Below are positions 47,951 to 61,635 of a stretch of DNA of 64,000 bases, one piece after another. Within the stretch, counting starts at the first letter, position 1. Every line of letters begins with the position of its first letter. The notes beneath the pieces are model-generated. The model was not told the DNA's origin. It saw only the letters and a list, made by a program, of their open reading frames with translations, and did not search any database. The position numbers and the translations under genes are program-made. This stretch comes from Antechinus flavipes (taxonomy: Eukaryota). The stretch covers positions 36,952,001 through 37,016,000 of the forward strand of contig NC_067404.1 in the NCBI RefSeq assembly GCF_016432865.1. Reading direction: 5' to 3'.

Positions 47951-49396
47951 ACCAAGGCGAAGAGACTGAGGCTTACGTAAGTGAATTGACTTATAGCATC
48001 ACTCATATATTTAAGAGCCGATAGTGGTCTCAAGCCACGTAGTCCAATTCCTCCATGATTTTACAGGAATAGAAACTGAGGCTCAGAATGACTTGGCAAA
48101 ATTCTTATAAGTGGCAGAGCTGAGATTCGAAGCCAGGTCTCATGACTCCAAATTCATCAGTGCCTTCTAGTGAACCACACTATTTCCTAATATTGGAAGT
48201 GGGAAGACCAGAAAAAAAAGAAGAAATTAAGAAATAATACCTCTCTCTTACCTAGCCATCTCCAATTTGAAAAAGTTTGGCTTATGACATTTCTTTTTTG
48301 GCTGAATACTTAGGGACTCAGTGTTGGAAAGGTGTTTTCAAACGTGGCAGAATGCTGAGCCTTTAGTCTAAGAATGTAGCCTGGGCTTCTGCCAAGCACC
48401 GTTTTCCTGCAACATGGCTGTGAGCCTCTTTGCACATGGTGCCCAACTTCTCTTCGCTACTTGTCTGATTCACATTTTGGGTGGTACACGAAAAACATCA
48501 GGTTTAGCTAGAGTCCCTTAATGGAAAGAGGATTCAATTTGGAAAAAGAACTCTTGAGTTCTGCATCCCTGCAACTTGGTACCTGTGATCTTGGATGAAT
48601 AAGTTCCTTCCTCTCTCTGGGCCTCTGTTTCCCGATTTGTAAACTGAGGAGATTGCCTTAGAAGATTGGCCTTGATCAGAAAGCTTGAATTTGTGATCCC
48701 AGGAAAATTACTTAACCTCTCCCAACCTCAGTTTCCTCATCTGAAAAATGACCTAACTCATATAGTCTTGTTACGAGGATCAAAAGATATCGTGTCTATG
48801 TGTATGTGTCTCATCTATCTACCTTTCAGTATGTCTATCTATATTTCCCTTTTCAAGCCTTAAAGCACTCTGTTATTTATCATTACCATCATCACTTTCC
48901 CAAGAAAAAAAAGACAAGACACAAAGATGAAATAGAATATAGCTCTTGAAAAAGCATTTATTCTTTATTTTTAAGATTAGTTGCTACAAGTCACAGTAGC
49001 CAAAGAATTCAACCATGGTGGCCAGTCTCTGGGTGGTTTGGCTCCCTCAGCTGACTTAGCCCTCCCCGAGCCCGCTCTCATGCCATTCTTCACCCGCTCT
49101 GCCAAAGTTTTCCATCCTCCAGTGGAGCCTTTGAGACCCTCGCTGTTCCCCCCTTCCCTCCTTGCCCTTGCACCCCTACCCCATGTTGCATCGGGGGGAG
49201 GAACGATTCATGTTGAATGAATGGATGAATTAAAAAAAATGCCGATGATGTTTGCTCAGAAAACGAGGTTGATTAGATAATATCCCATGTGGCAAAATGT
49301 GTTCACTGAATTTGAAGGATTTTATTCTTGCTCATTTGTTTTCCTCAGTTCCTTTTTGTGATAAATGTGTGGAGGCAGAGTGGTGGAGAGTGGTAG

Positions 49397-49397
<1 letters not shown>

Positions 49398-49479
<82 letters not shown>
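49398..49479. repeat. Compound (GT)n(GA)n microsatellite
   Basis: Perfect TG run directly followed by a perfect GA run. Confidence 0.95.
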
Positions 49480-49484
<5 letters not shown>

Positions 49485-49639
49485 AGAATCCTCTAGATCA
49501 GATATGAAGGAAACTCAGCTCTTCTAGTTCTAGTTCTGTCACTAACTAGCCCGTCTGATCTGTGAGTGACCCTGAGAAGCTTTTTGAAGCTTTATCTATA
49601 AAAACTTTGTCTGTAAAATGAGGGTATAAAATGTTTGTA

Positions 49640-49830
49640 GGAGAGAGGCCACATGGTATGAAAGCTAGCCTCAGCTCCTGTCTCTGTCACCTACTGGCTG
49701 TGTGAGCCTGGGCAGGTCCGTTAACTTTCAAGCTAATAGCTGGGTGGCCAACCAGCATTGGTGGGAGGAGTCTACATACAGGGACTTCCCCATACTGATG
49801 AAATCACAGATGTAGATCAGATACACAGCT
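49640..49830 (+). mobile_element. MdoRep1-like SINE
   Basis: Tail ccagcattggtgggaggagtctacatacagggacttccccatactgatgaaatcacag. Confidence 0.75.
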
Positions 49831-52800
49831 GCATTGCATTTCCAATTTATGCAGAACCCTATATCAGGGATTATTAAATTTATTTCCTTTGCAATCTATA
49901 TATTCTATTTTTATAGAATTTAAGAACACACTAGTAAGAAGTATGGATTGACGGGCTTCACCAAACAGAATGCCAGAGGGATCCAGAATTAAAAAGGGTC
50001 AAGAACCTCTCTTCTTAAAGGAATTTATAGCAAAAACGATAGCACGTCCCACCCCCAGTCCCATTGACAGTATAGGCAAGGTAGGAGTGGGGGCATGTGT
50101 GTTTGTGTTTGTGCATAGTATTTTTGGACTTATAAAATACTTTACACATGTCACCTCATGTGATCCACATTAGAATTTTGCCAAGCAGACTCTTTTTTTC
50201 AGATGAGGAAACTGAGGCTCTCAGAGTTTAGGCAATCTGTTCAATGTCAGTGTCACTATTTGTGACACAGTGTAGACTAAGTAACTGGAGAGAATCGCAT
50301 CCATTATCTGGGCGCCTATGCATGAGTTTTGCCCTTTGTTCCTTAGGAAAGATGACAAGAAATGTATTTTTCCTAAATGATAGAATAAATGCAGGAAGTT
50401 GAAATGAAGGCCCACAAGGAGCACGTAGCCATTCTTGAACACCAGCTTTCAGCATGCTGGGTGAGCACAGTAAGCACTGATCATCCTGTGTCCTACTATT
50501 TCTCTCTTTTTGTTTTTGTTTTTGTTTCTGTTCTCATCAAAACAAACCAGAGCTCAGTGTGGGCTTGCTGGTCCTGGGGAATTATTAATTTCTCATGTAA
50601 GTGGTAAAGGTTTTTTCTGCAGACACAGATGCCGCAGTGAGGATGTGGAGGAGAGCTTTGTTTCCTCCAGTCCAAAGTGCCAAAAGAATGCTTAAAAATA
50701 CTCAAATGGGGTCTAAAGCTCGGGGCTGGTACTGTAGTGGGTGCCCAGCATACCAGCAGCTTCCAAATGCACACTCTGTCTAATAAGTACCAGTAGTTTC
50801 GAATCAGTCAAGTGATGAAGGATGAAGCTAGAAACAAGCAGTTTTCTCCTAAAGCAGGTAAAGGCCAGCCCTGCCTTTGCCTGGCAGGGAACAAAGTGGT
50901 GCAGTCATTTACTCTGGTCATTGTCATATGGCAATTAGAAGTGGAAATGATTAGCTCTCCTATTGCTTAGTAATTGTATTCCAACTGTCAAGGAGATGCA
51001 GCTATATAGAAAGGCTAGGAAGGATTCAGGAAAGAGTATACAGAAATTTTTTGAAATGGATTCTCAGTTGTGTTAGGCATATAGCTCTCCTGTGCTATGG
51101 GTAGATGGCCCATGGGCAAAAAGCTAACTCATTCTTCCTGGTCTAGAAATGGAAATGACATTTCATGTTGGACTTGGAATCAGGAAGCTCTCCCTCTGAC
51201 ACGATCAGTTGATATTTGATTAGCTCTTACCATGTGCCAGGCACTCTGCTGAGGTGTCATACAGTTATAGGGTCCTCACTAGAGTAACCCTGAACATCGA
51301 GTTTTATTATTGTCCCCATTTTGCGGATGAGGAAACTGAGGCAAACAAGTTCAGTGACTTGTCCAGGGTCACATACATAACTAGTAATTGTCTGAGGTCA
51401 GATTTGAACTCGGGCCTATTCTGACTATAGGCTCAAAAGGATAATGACATGTCCCTTGCTCTGTTGTTTGACTTCTGAGCCTTAGGTACAATATGAAAAG
51501 TGCCGTGGGAATGTCCTGGACATGGCAGTCCCAGCACCCCTCCTTCCCCTTTGCAGAAAAGGGCTGTGGTCCCACTGGCAATGGCCTCTGGGATATTGTG
51601 ATTCTGATTGGAAACAGTGCCATGTTTTTTCAGACTCCTGTGATTTGGCTCCTTGTAACTAGGCATTTTCACAAACCATCAGAATAAAAGATGCTAGATT
51701 GAACCAGGTTGGAAACCTTGCTCTTGGCTTTCTTGAATGGGGTTCCTTCCCTCTGAGATTTGAATGTATAACCTTCCTGGTTCACTACTGGAATTCTTCA
51801 TTAGTTTCATGGGCACTGCTGGAGGGAAGCCTGGCTTCCCAGCAGTGGCTTTTTCAATACTAAAAAGAGAAAAGAAAAAAAAAAAGAGAGTGACAAGCAA
51901 AGTAAACCTCAACGGTTGCATAATCAATTGCATGTTTTTTAAGTCACGGACACTTGCTCAACCTGACCTTCTTTTAGCATTTACAAAGGCCATTTTTGAG
52001 TTGGCTTTTTCAATACAAAAGAACAAACAGCTTTTAACCTGTTCAACCTGGTCTAGAGATATTCATTACTTTTTCCTGTTGACTCTGTGTGCCCTTAAAT
52101 TTTAGTGTCCTCTGTATTCTTTTGGCAAAAGATAGGGATAGGCAAGAAAATTGGGTGTTCAGCAAGGGTGGAGAACAGTGTTGAATCTTTTTTACTTGGT
52201 TTTTGACCATTATCGAGTACAAATGAAACAGCCTCTCCAGTTCTGATTTTCCATGGATTTATTTATTTTTATCCACTAATTCATCTCAATTAATTTCTTT
52301 GCTCATTCTCTGAGGTTTTCTAAGGGTATTTTCCAGTAATCTGAAAATAGGGACACATTTTATATTCTCTTTGTCAATGATTTTACTTTTAATAATGTAA
52401 TCGGTGTGCCGGTCAATTATCTTTAAAAATGTCTATTATGCTAGTTCCTATGTAAAAATGAGGCATTGGGATGCTTACATTCTCCTAGTTCTCAGTCTGT
52501 TTCCTCATTTTTGAAATGTGGATAATAACAGTACATACCTCACAGGTTTGTTGCAAGAATCAAATACAATGTCAAATAAAAGCCCATTACAGAGTACTAT
52601 ACAAATGTCAGTTGTTATTCTTTCTCTTGCCTTTTTTTTTTTTGCTATAGTTGAGCATTTATAGAAATTTGTCAAATAATAAATAAAACAGGGCTACCCT
52701 TGCTTTATCCCTGTACTTATTGCTTCCCCCAGAGAAACCTTAGTAAATCACATTTCAGTTTGTTATGTGATATGGTGGCAAGCAGCCAGAGCTATTTGGG

Positions 52801-53204
52801 GCTTCTCATGACTATGTCATGGAACCTATGGTACTTTTCTTATATGTAAATTTGTTTCTGGATGATGATTCTGAAAACAGAAGTATCAGTTCACCTGGAA
52901 ATTTAAACACGAGTTCCCTCTTTGGTCTCCATTTTTGTTGAAAACTGACTTGCTTTACAGTTGCTCTCTTAAACCAAATTCCTTTGAGCCTGCTTAAAGA
53001 AATGGGATCAACTGCTGGGCAAGCACAGGCAAAAGTCTCTTTAACCATTTCCAAACCATCAAGTGTTGATGGGGTTGGTTAAGATAAGTGACCCACAACC
53101 AAGCAGAACTTTGACTCATGCTTACAAAACAAAACCTGAGACATTTCAGCTCCTCACTCCAGGAATTCTCCTTAAAGAACTGGAATGTGAGGAGCATTAT
53201 AAGA

Positions 53205-53400
53205 GGCATAGCATGGCTTAGTAAAAAGAGGTCCAGCAGCCTTAGCATCACCTGGGTTCAAATATTGCCTCTGATATAATATGTATTCACTGTAATCTCT
53301 GACAAACCACTTAAACTTCTTAATGTCTCCAAGCAACTAAGACTATCAATAACATGGGTGGAGAGAGTTTCCACACTGAAAGGTCTTCAAGAAGATCAAA
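53205..53400 (+). mobile_element. MdoRep1-like SINE
   Basis: gaggcatagcatggcttagtaaaaagag...cctgggttcaaatattgcctctga...ccaagcaactaagactat...ggagagagtttccacactga. Confidence 0.7.
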
Positions 53401-53689
53401 TCCTTTCCTCCTTTCTTCTTTCCTTCCTCCCTCCCTCCTTCCCTCCCTCCCTCCTTCCTGCCTTCCTGCCTGTGATTTGGATGCTAGGGAACTCCATGAT
53501 ATGGAAACATTCTTCACTAGCAGATTGACCACTGGCCTGTAACCTGTAGTCTTAGACAGTTGATAGATAGATACATAGATAACTTCTAGATATCAGAGGT
53601 AGACTGTGAACTGATGTCTTCTTGTCTCCAAGGCTAGTCCTCTATCCATTCACTACTCCTTTGCTGCCTCTGTTAGACTATTATTAATT

Positions 53690-53825
53690 CCTATTTTTTA
53701 GGCAATTTGGGTTAAGTGAATTGCCCATAGTTACACAACTAGTAAATATTTGAGGCCAGATTTGAACTCCTCCAGTCCTTCTGACTCCAGTTGGTGCTTT
53801 ATCCACTGCACCACCTAGCTGCTGC
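53690..53825 (-). mobile_element. WSINE1-type SINE
   Basis: ttttttaggcaatttgggttaagtgaattgccc...tatccactgcaccacctagctg. Confidence 0.8.
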
Positions 53826-53829
53826 AATT

Positions 53830-54295
53830 TTTAAAAATAGTATTTTATTTTTTCCAATTACATGTAAAGATAATTTTTAACATTCACTTTTGTAAAGATA
53901 CTGAATTCCAAATTTTTCTCCCTTCCCTTGCTTCTTCCTCCCTAAGACAGTAAGTGATGTGATATAGGTTGTCTCCATGTTCAACATATTTCTATGTTAG
54001 TCTTATTGTAAAAGAAGAATCATAATAAAAGGGAAAAAACTACAAGCAAGAAAAATACTATTCTCTGATCCACATTCAGTCCCCATAGTCCTTTCTATGG
54101 CATTTTCCATCCCAAGTCTATTGGAATTGCTTTGAATCACTGCATTGTTGAAAAGAGCCAAGACCGCCACAGTTTATAATCATATAATCTTGTTTCTATA
54201 TATAATGTTATCTGGTTCTGTTCTCTTCACTCAGCATCAGTTCATGTAAATCTTTCCAGGCTTTTCTGAAATTTGACTGCTCCTTTCTCATAGGT
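53830..54295 (-). mobile_element. L1 3' fragment
   Basis: tattttattttttccaattacatgtaaagataatttttaacattcac...cactcagcatcagttcatgtaaatctttccaggcttttctgaaa. Confidence 0.85.
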
Positions 54296-54513
54296 CGCCT
54301 CAATCCCAAATGAAGTTTTAACTTCAAGTTTTGAATGTCTTCTTAGCAGAATTGGGAGCATGTGATTTGCTCCACCCTCAGTACCACCCTCAGACCCCTC
54401 TTCTTGGGTTCTAATGAACCCTGCTTCCTTCCAGGCCTGCTATAACCAACTCATTCTTTGTACCTCCCAGTCCGTTCCATTGCGGCTTTTACAACCATAA
54501 CTCCTTTGTCACT

Positions 54514-54680
54514 GATTTTTTTTTTAGTTTTGTTTTTAAGTGACTTGGGGTTAAGGGACTTGCCCAGAGTCCCTTAATCTAGTAAGTATTAAATGTTTGA
54601 GAGCAGATTTGAACTCAGGTACTCCTGACTCCAGAGCCATTGCTATATCCACTGCACCATTGTTATATTTAGCTGTCCCC
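54514..54680 (-). mobile_element. WSINE1 with TSD
   Basis: Perfect 14-bp TSD actcctttgtcact at 54500-54513 and 54684-54697 (17 bp with one mismatch). The element ends tttagctgtcccc. Confidence 0.9.
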
Positions 54681-54699
54681 ATGACTCCTTTGTCACTAA

Positions 54700-55120
54700 A
54701 TTCTACTCTTAGATTACAGCCTCCTTCCCCTTCTACACTAGGAAGTGTACTTTCTCTTTACCCATCATCTCTCCCACTCTAGTTTCACTTCTTACCTCAG
54801 CTTGACCCCATGTTTTGCCGCTGATGGCAACTCCCTTGGTCCCTCACTTCCTACCAATGGAGCACTGTCCTCAACATCTTATTTCTCTTTTTCTCTGTTT
54901 GGTCATCTAAATTTTGCAGGAGAACATCTTAAAATTTTGGTCTTTTGGATCTTTTTATCGCAGTTCTCAAAGTGCTTTCTCCAACCCTTTTCTTTTTATA
55001 CCAGCCCCTCCCCCCCAATCTTCCTCCAAGCTTCCTACTCTCCTACTTCACTGAAGAAGAACTTGATCACCGAAGATCTAGTTTTCCCAGTAACCTTTAA
55101 TATAGTCTCTTAAATACCAG
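54700..55120 (+). mobile_element. L2 LINE body fragments
   Basis: Pyrimidine-rich degraded sequence (ctcagcttgacccc...ccctcacttcctacc...ctttctccaaccct) typical of old L2. Confidence 0.45.
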
Positions 55121-58100
55121 AGTTATAATCTAGGACCTTTGCCATAGGCTATGATATCCAGGATTGAGTTTGTATTTTTCTGGGGATGATGTATATGCTT
55201 TTTCTTCCCATGGTGATCTGTTGATCTCAAAGCCGTGTAGATCCCTACTAGTGTTGCCCCTGCAGGGGGAAGATGAGCTCCAACAGAGGGAATGGGGTCA
55301 CATTCCCCCAGGTTGGCTGGGGTCACTGCAGGAGCAAAGAGAAAATGGATTATTTGCTGTTCTAGCACATGTGCTGGGTCAGACTCTCCTGGAGCTGCCT
55401 AGTTAGATCCTCCCACCCCCATCTTCTACCATTATCTCTATGTACTCTCAATACTGAACTTGCCAGAGGTACCAAGATTTCTTGTTATATCTTTGCCCCC
55501 AAACCCCCTCTCCTCACCAAGGGAAATCTGTCTTGCTATGCTCTCTAATCCCATCCCCTTCCACCACCTCTTCATGAGTTCAGTTCCAGTAGACACCCCT
55601 TCTCTGTGACATCCTTATTCTCTCTTACTCTGTTGGTTTCTTTCCACTTGTCTATGAATGTGCCTTCTCCCAACTCCCCCACCCATTTTCTCCTCTAAAG
55701 CCTGCTGCATTTATTTGCCTTTTCCTCTCGTGACTAGGATCAATGGTTTCATAGGAGATTGGGGAGAGGAGACTTGTTTGGTCAATGCAGTTTGAAATCC
55801 CTTTTTAAACATACTCAACCGACCATCTTAAAGGGTCACTGTGATGGAAAGACTCATCACCTGGGGGCCTACCTTGGTATAGACAGGCTGGTCCTGTGAT
55901 GCCTCACATAGTCTGTCATTGGGCCATGATGTATTTTCCACTCTAACTTCATTAAAGTTTTCAGAGAATCCCTTGACTCTCAGAGCTGCGAGGGGCCTTT
56001 TTGATGGACCTCTTTCCTTGTCCATTTTCTTTTTCTGCCTTTGGAAAAAGGTGCTTTCTTGGGGTTCTGTGTTTTTTACATCACAGACATTTCTGGCAAT
56101 CTTGCTTTCCCTTTGAACATAGTCAAAGTTGAGCCCAAGCACCTGACACAGCCCTAGTGACTGCCTGAAAAGTATTTACAACACTGTGGCCCAGGAGTCT
56201 GACCTCTCGATACAGAGAGCAGAGACAGATTCCATTGCTATGATATTTCATTATCTGTTTTCTCTTGGACCATGATCGCTTTTGTAGTTTCTCTGAGCCC
56301 AGCTCATCTAAGCATCTGTTCCTCCTCCCATTCCGCTCATTTCCCTAGATCATTCCACACCCACAGTTTCCATGTTCACCATCTCATTTTACAAATGAGG
56401 AAACTGAGACCCAGAAAGCGCCTGTGACCTGCCTCCAGCCGCCATTCTACTTGACTTTCTAGTGGATCAAAAGTATCTCTACGTTTTGCAAGGCTTGTTC
56501 CTGAGGGAATCCCAGAGCTCTTTCCTTTAGAGGTTCTTGATTGAAAATAGCTGGTCCAATGTGTGTTTGGGGGGGGTGAGCCACAAAATCCCAATAAAGA
56601 AAAGACAGGCTGCAAGCCAGAGAGCAGCTGTTTCTAATCTGGTGATCTTTCCCCCCCTCCTGTCCCTCCCTTTTCTCCACTTCTTGCAGCCAGATGTGTT
56701 TTCTCCCCGCTATTAGCAAAAGCCCTCAGTCTCCCGGCCTCGGTGCTTCTGTTGTGAGGGGTCCTTCCATTATGCTCAATCGTCTCTGCTTCCTCCCACT
56801 CCTGGCAGCACCTGGCTTGTCTGCCTACCCTGCAATGCAGGTGTTGCAGTGATTCTGGGTATGCCTTTCTTGTGTACATTTCATTAGCTAGGCTGTTTAC
56901 TCCAGCTTCCAGACTGTTGCTAAAAATAAGAGGCAGCCCAGTGCCTAGTCCAAAGGGCCCTGCCGCTCGCTGCCTCTCGCCCTCCTCCCACCCTCCTCCC
57001 AAGTTTGCTGCTTAGTCTGGGGACTTTTATAGAGTAGTTCAAGTTAATTTGAGTGCTCTTGATTATTTTTACCCGAAACAAGTGGAAATTAACGACAGGT
57101 CCAGTTCTGTTGGAGGCGCTTGGAGATTTAGGTAAAACCGGAGCTTTTCTGGGATGTGCCGGTGGTTGATGAATCTTGAAGTTTTAGAAGAAGGGGGCTC
57201 AGGTCAGCATGACATAGTTCATTTGCAAGACATCTATGCTGCTCACTCCTTAAGCTCAGAGTGTTCTTTCCATGTATGCTACCTCTTTCTGGCCTCCCGG
57301 TCGGCAGAGATGCTATCTCTGGTTTTATTCCAGTTATGAATTTTTCTGCCCACTGAATTATGTGTCATCTACTTCCTTCAGAGAAATCATGTCTACCTTT
57401 TCTTTTTTGAAAACTTCAGCTTGAATTACCCTATGCAAGGCTGTGTTCTTGTTTGTTTGTTTTTTTAAAAAGGCTCATTGATTCTTTTTGTTCTTACGTT
57501 AGTCTCCCCTCCCCTTCCTTTTCCACCACAGGGTCTAGCACTTAGTTGGGCTTTAATCCATGATTTTCCTCGGATCGAAGTGGATTTCAAAAAATTCGAT
57601 TTTAAAACTGAAATTTCTTAAGAATTTTTTAACATTAATAGAATTCACCCAAACTCTGGGTGCCACTGCTACCATAATCAGTAATTAACATTAATTGTTG
57701 TAATAAAAAGTCTACACAATCAAATAGAACCAGGACAGTGCCCTTCCCTGGCATTGTATTCAGTGTTCCACATCCATAGCTCCCCACCTCTCAGGCAGAG
57801 GAATTTATTTCTTCAGTACTTGAGAGGAAGGTGGAGAGGTGGGTCAAGGTTGCTCATTAGAGTTAGGTAACCATTGGTCCCATGATTATCTTCTGATCGA
57901 TATTATTGGTTGTGCTAAATGAAGAGATGCCTTTATTTTTTTAAGTAAAGTTTTACCTTGTTTTATATTGTTTTCCTTTAGGACACCTTACCTAGCTGTA
58001 GAAAGCATTGTCTGATCTTCCATGGGTATGGATGGGCCTCATCTTTCATTTGAGCTTCACTAATGTGAAGGGCTTGGGTGGAGGTTTCTTGGCTAAGAAA

Positions 58101-60696
58101 ACCCTTTTTTTAAAATAAAGAGCACAAAATTATAAATAAGATCGTAATGAAGGGAGCTACAGCCTTTTTCTGATGGTTTTTCCCTTGTGCTTGGCCCATT
58201 CTGATCTTTTCCACTTTTTATTTCACTAATACTATTGTTAATTATTATATTCTTATTACGATATAGATCAGGGCATTAATGTTAATTATTGATAGTTTAG
58301 GTAAGGGGATGGCGAAGTACATAAATATGTTAAAAATTCTTAAGAAAATTCAGTTAAGTGGCTACAAAAAAAAAAAAAAAACCAAACCAAAAAAAAAATA
58401 AATTGTCAATTCCCCAGCTCCTTATTAAGAAAATTCAGTTAAAAATAAAAACAACAAAAAACCCAGTTCAATTCAAGGAAAACTATTAAAGACCAAATAG
58501 GTGCTAGACCTATTGTGCTGAGTGCTAGAGGAAAAAGATTTCAACATTTCATAAAAATGATCCTCAAACAGCTTATGTTTTTCTACTAAACAATTTTGGT
58601 TGTTTGATCCTCTTGTGAGAGAATTTAAAAGAATGAAGGAGGACCAGACAATAGAATTTGATAGTCTGACTCATTTTAGGAAATTGGAAATTGAGGCACA
58701 GAGAAATTAAGTGACGTGCTCACAGCTAAGCAAAGAATTGGGAGTGAATGCAGCCCCTCTTCCCTACCTCGTTTTTGCTTGGTCCTCTCTGGTCTACTTG
58801 AGGGCATTTTATATTTGGGACAAAACCTTTTTTAGCTTCTTGTGTGAGAGACTAATGCAAGGAAGATGGGGTTTGGGAGATCAGAAAGGAGAAAGATTCA
58901 GACTGCAGAACCTATTTTAATAATAAGCACCGAAGCAAAAGATGTCTGATAGGTTGTATAGGAAGGCTTGGCAAGACCAGATTTGATATGGGTGATTCTA
59001 TGGCAGGTACGCAGTGGGAGAAAATGCTCTGGGGTCTCTCTCAAGTCTTTGTAAGAGAATCCCTGCTTTACTCAGGATAGGCCTGAGTAACTTTACATTA
59101 AATTTAAATTTAAAGGTATTTTAAATTTGTTTCATTTTCCTCTTCTCTGCTACATAATAATAGCACTCAGGGCCATACAAATGAATGTAGTCTAGTGGGA
59201 GAAAGAACACTGAAATGAATAAGGAATTGGGGGGAGGGTTTGGAAGAATACTGATTTTAGAGCCAAAGGCCCTGGGTTCAAATCTCAGATCTGCTGTTTT
59301 GTAACGGTGGGCAAGTCATTCCCCCTTTCTGTGTCTCAGTTTCCTCCTTTGTAACTCTGTAGGGTTGGACTCCATGTGGTCCTTCTCAACCTTAAATCTC
59401 TAATCCTATGGAACAGTGACATTATAGTGTTGTCTGCACATCCGGGGTTCTTAAATGGGAGGTCCAGACAGTGGATGCTAGAGGAATTGAGAGGACCATG
59501 ACTTCAGTGGAGACCAAAGCAGTAAGGAGCAGGTGACCTTTAAACTGCACTGGGATGGAAGGGCGGGATTTGGAATAGTTGAAGGAGATGGGGAAAAGGC
59601 AGTGTGGTTATGGTAGTGGACTTGGAAGACCTAGCTAGAGTCAGGATGATGTAGGCTCAAAATCTACCTGGTGCTAGTTTTGTGATGCTAGGTGAGTCAC
59701 TTAATCACTCGTCCTCAGTTTCCTCATCTATACAATGATGAGAATAATCATCCCTTGAATGAGATATAAAGCATTTTCAAGACTCTAAAGCATTCTGTAA
59801 ATCTGATCTCTTACTATGGAGAGTAGAGGGGACACCATGAATAAAGGTTTGGAATTGAGAAATATATATAGGTTTTTCAGCTGAAGAGATCTCAGGGATC
59901 CTTTTGCATAATATTCCCATTTTACAGATTGGGAAACTGGTCCAGAAAAGTAAGGGACTCACATAGCGTCGCATAAGGTAGTAAGTGGCAGAGCTAAGGT
60001 TGTCTGGCTCCCAATATTCATATTTCCATTGTACCCTGAAGTTTGAGTGAGGGAAAATGAGAAGACAAGCTTAAGCCTGGTGGTGAGACTGTGGGTTGGG
60101 AAGGGGCAGGGATCCTAGGAAAAAGTATTGGGTATCATTGGATGGGGTGGGTAGAAGCAGTGAAACCAGCTTGCACCACAGAGCCCTAGAATCCAGTAAC
60201 AGTAGCTGGTTCTGAGTATGTCTTTCTACATGGTACACAAAGCCTAACTTTGGAGCATGATGTTTGAAAAATGGTTGTGACTTTTAGCTTGGTTTGATCT
60301 CATCCCGGATCAGGAGAGGCCTGATTGTGGCTGAGCTGCCGAGAGCCCTGTAATTCCCTTGTAGTCTTCTTGGCCTGCTTCTGCCTGACTCTGGGCACCT
60401 TCTCCAGATCATCTTTTTTTTTGTCTTGCCAAACCCTCATTTGTTCTACTGCTCTTGCCCTACATGGCTTTAGTTGGGTATGCATGGGTTTGTAAATGGC
60501 TCTTCAATGTACTTATGTTTTTCCTGTTTACTTCATTAGATTGTAAGTTTGTCAAATGCAGGGACCATACAACATCATGTACTGACTGAGCCTTTGGGGT
60601 AAAAAGGGAGTAGAAAGGTGCCCTTTCAATAAAGGCTTTTGAGTGGTTGACTTGGTACTCTACTCCCGCCATTTGTATCTCTTTGTATGTTGCTGT

Positions 60697-60705
<9 letters not shown>

Positions 60706-60736
<31 letters not shown>

Positions 60737-61172
60737 AAAATAACTTTTGATTGACAGAACCCATGCTGGGGTAATTTTTTACAACATTATCCCTTGCATT
60801 CACTTCTGTTCCGATTTTTCCCCTCCCTCCCTCCACCCCCTCCCCCAGATGGCAAGCAGTCCTTTACATGTTAAATAGGTTACAGTATATCCTAGATACA
60901 ATATATGTGTGCAGAACCAGATAGTTCTCGTGTTTCACAGGGAGAATTGGATTCAGAAGGTAGAAATAACCCGGGAAGAAAAACAAAAATGCAAGCAGTT
61001 TATATTCATTTCCCAGTGTTCTTTCTTTGGGTGTAGCTGCTTCTGTCCATCCTTGATCAATTGAAACTGAATTAGCTCTCTTTATCGAAGAGGTCCACTT
61101 CCATCAGAATACATCCTCAAACAGTATCGTTGTTGAGGTATATAATGATCTCCTGGTTCTGCTCATTTCACT
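60706..61172 (-). mobile_element. Young L1 3' fragment with 20-bp TSD and a (GA)n tail
   Basis: TSD tatgttgctgtcaacttctc at 60686-60705 and 61173-61192. Body taacttttgattgacagaacccatgctggggtaattttttacaac...ctcctggttctgctcatttcac. Confidence 0.92.
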
Positions 61173-61635
61173 TATGTTGCTGTCAACTTCTCGCACTCGC
61201 TTCTGCTCCCAGAAGATCCATAGACTTAAATACCAGCTGTTTAGTCCATATTCTAGTCGCTTATCTGCTCTGAACTTCAGTTTCTCCATCTTTTTGGTCC
61301 AGACTTTTGATTTAATTGTGTAGAGAAATCCTAGTGTAAAAACTCCCTCTACCAGTGTAGATCTGCAACCCAATTAGAATCTCCAAGAGTTGCCTTGGGA
61401 TACGGGGAGATTATACAGCTGCTATGTGTTAGCTGGCAGAACTTGAATCCAGGTCTTTCTGACTTTGTCCTTTTGCCACGAATATAGTAAATCGAAGCCC
61501 AGGTGACCTGGTTGCTTTCACTGGTCTTTACTTTCCAATGAGTTGAAAGATAGCTCAGCCCTTTAGTTCCTTTCCATTGTTCCCTGGTGGTAGTCATGGG
61601 AAGGTCAGGAGAAGCTAGAAGCTAGGGCTGTAGAT

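Noticed and set aside
52861-52947. Box C (ATGATGA) ... box D (CTGA) snoRNA-like spacing
   Set aside because: No terminal stem and no recognisable rRNA/snRNA guide complementarity.
57530-57670. Possible hAT-Tip100-like DNA transposon remnant ending gggtgccactg
   Set aside because: Only one plausible terminal repeat, and no TSD or family identity could be established.
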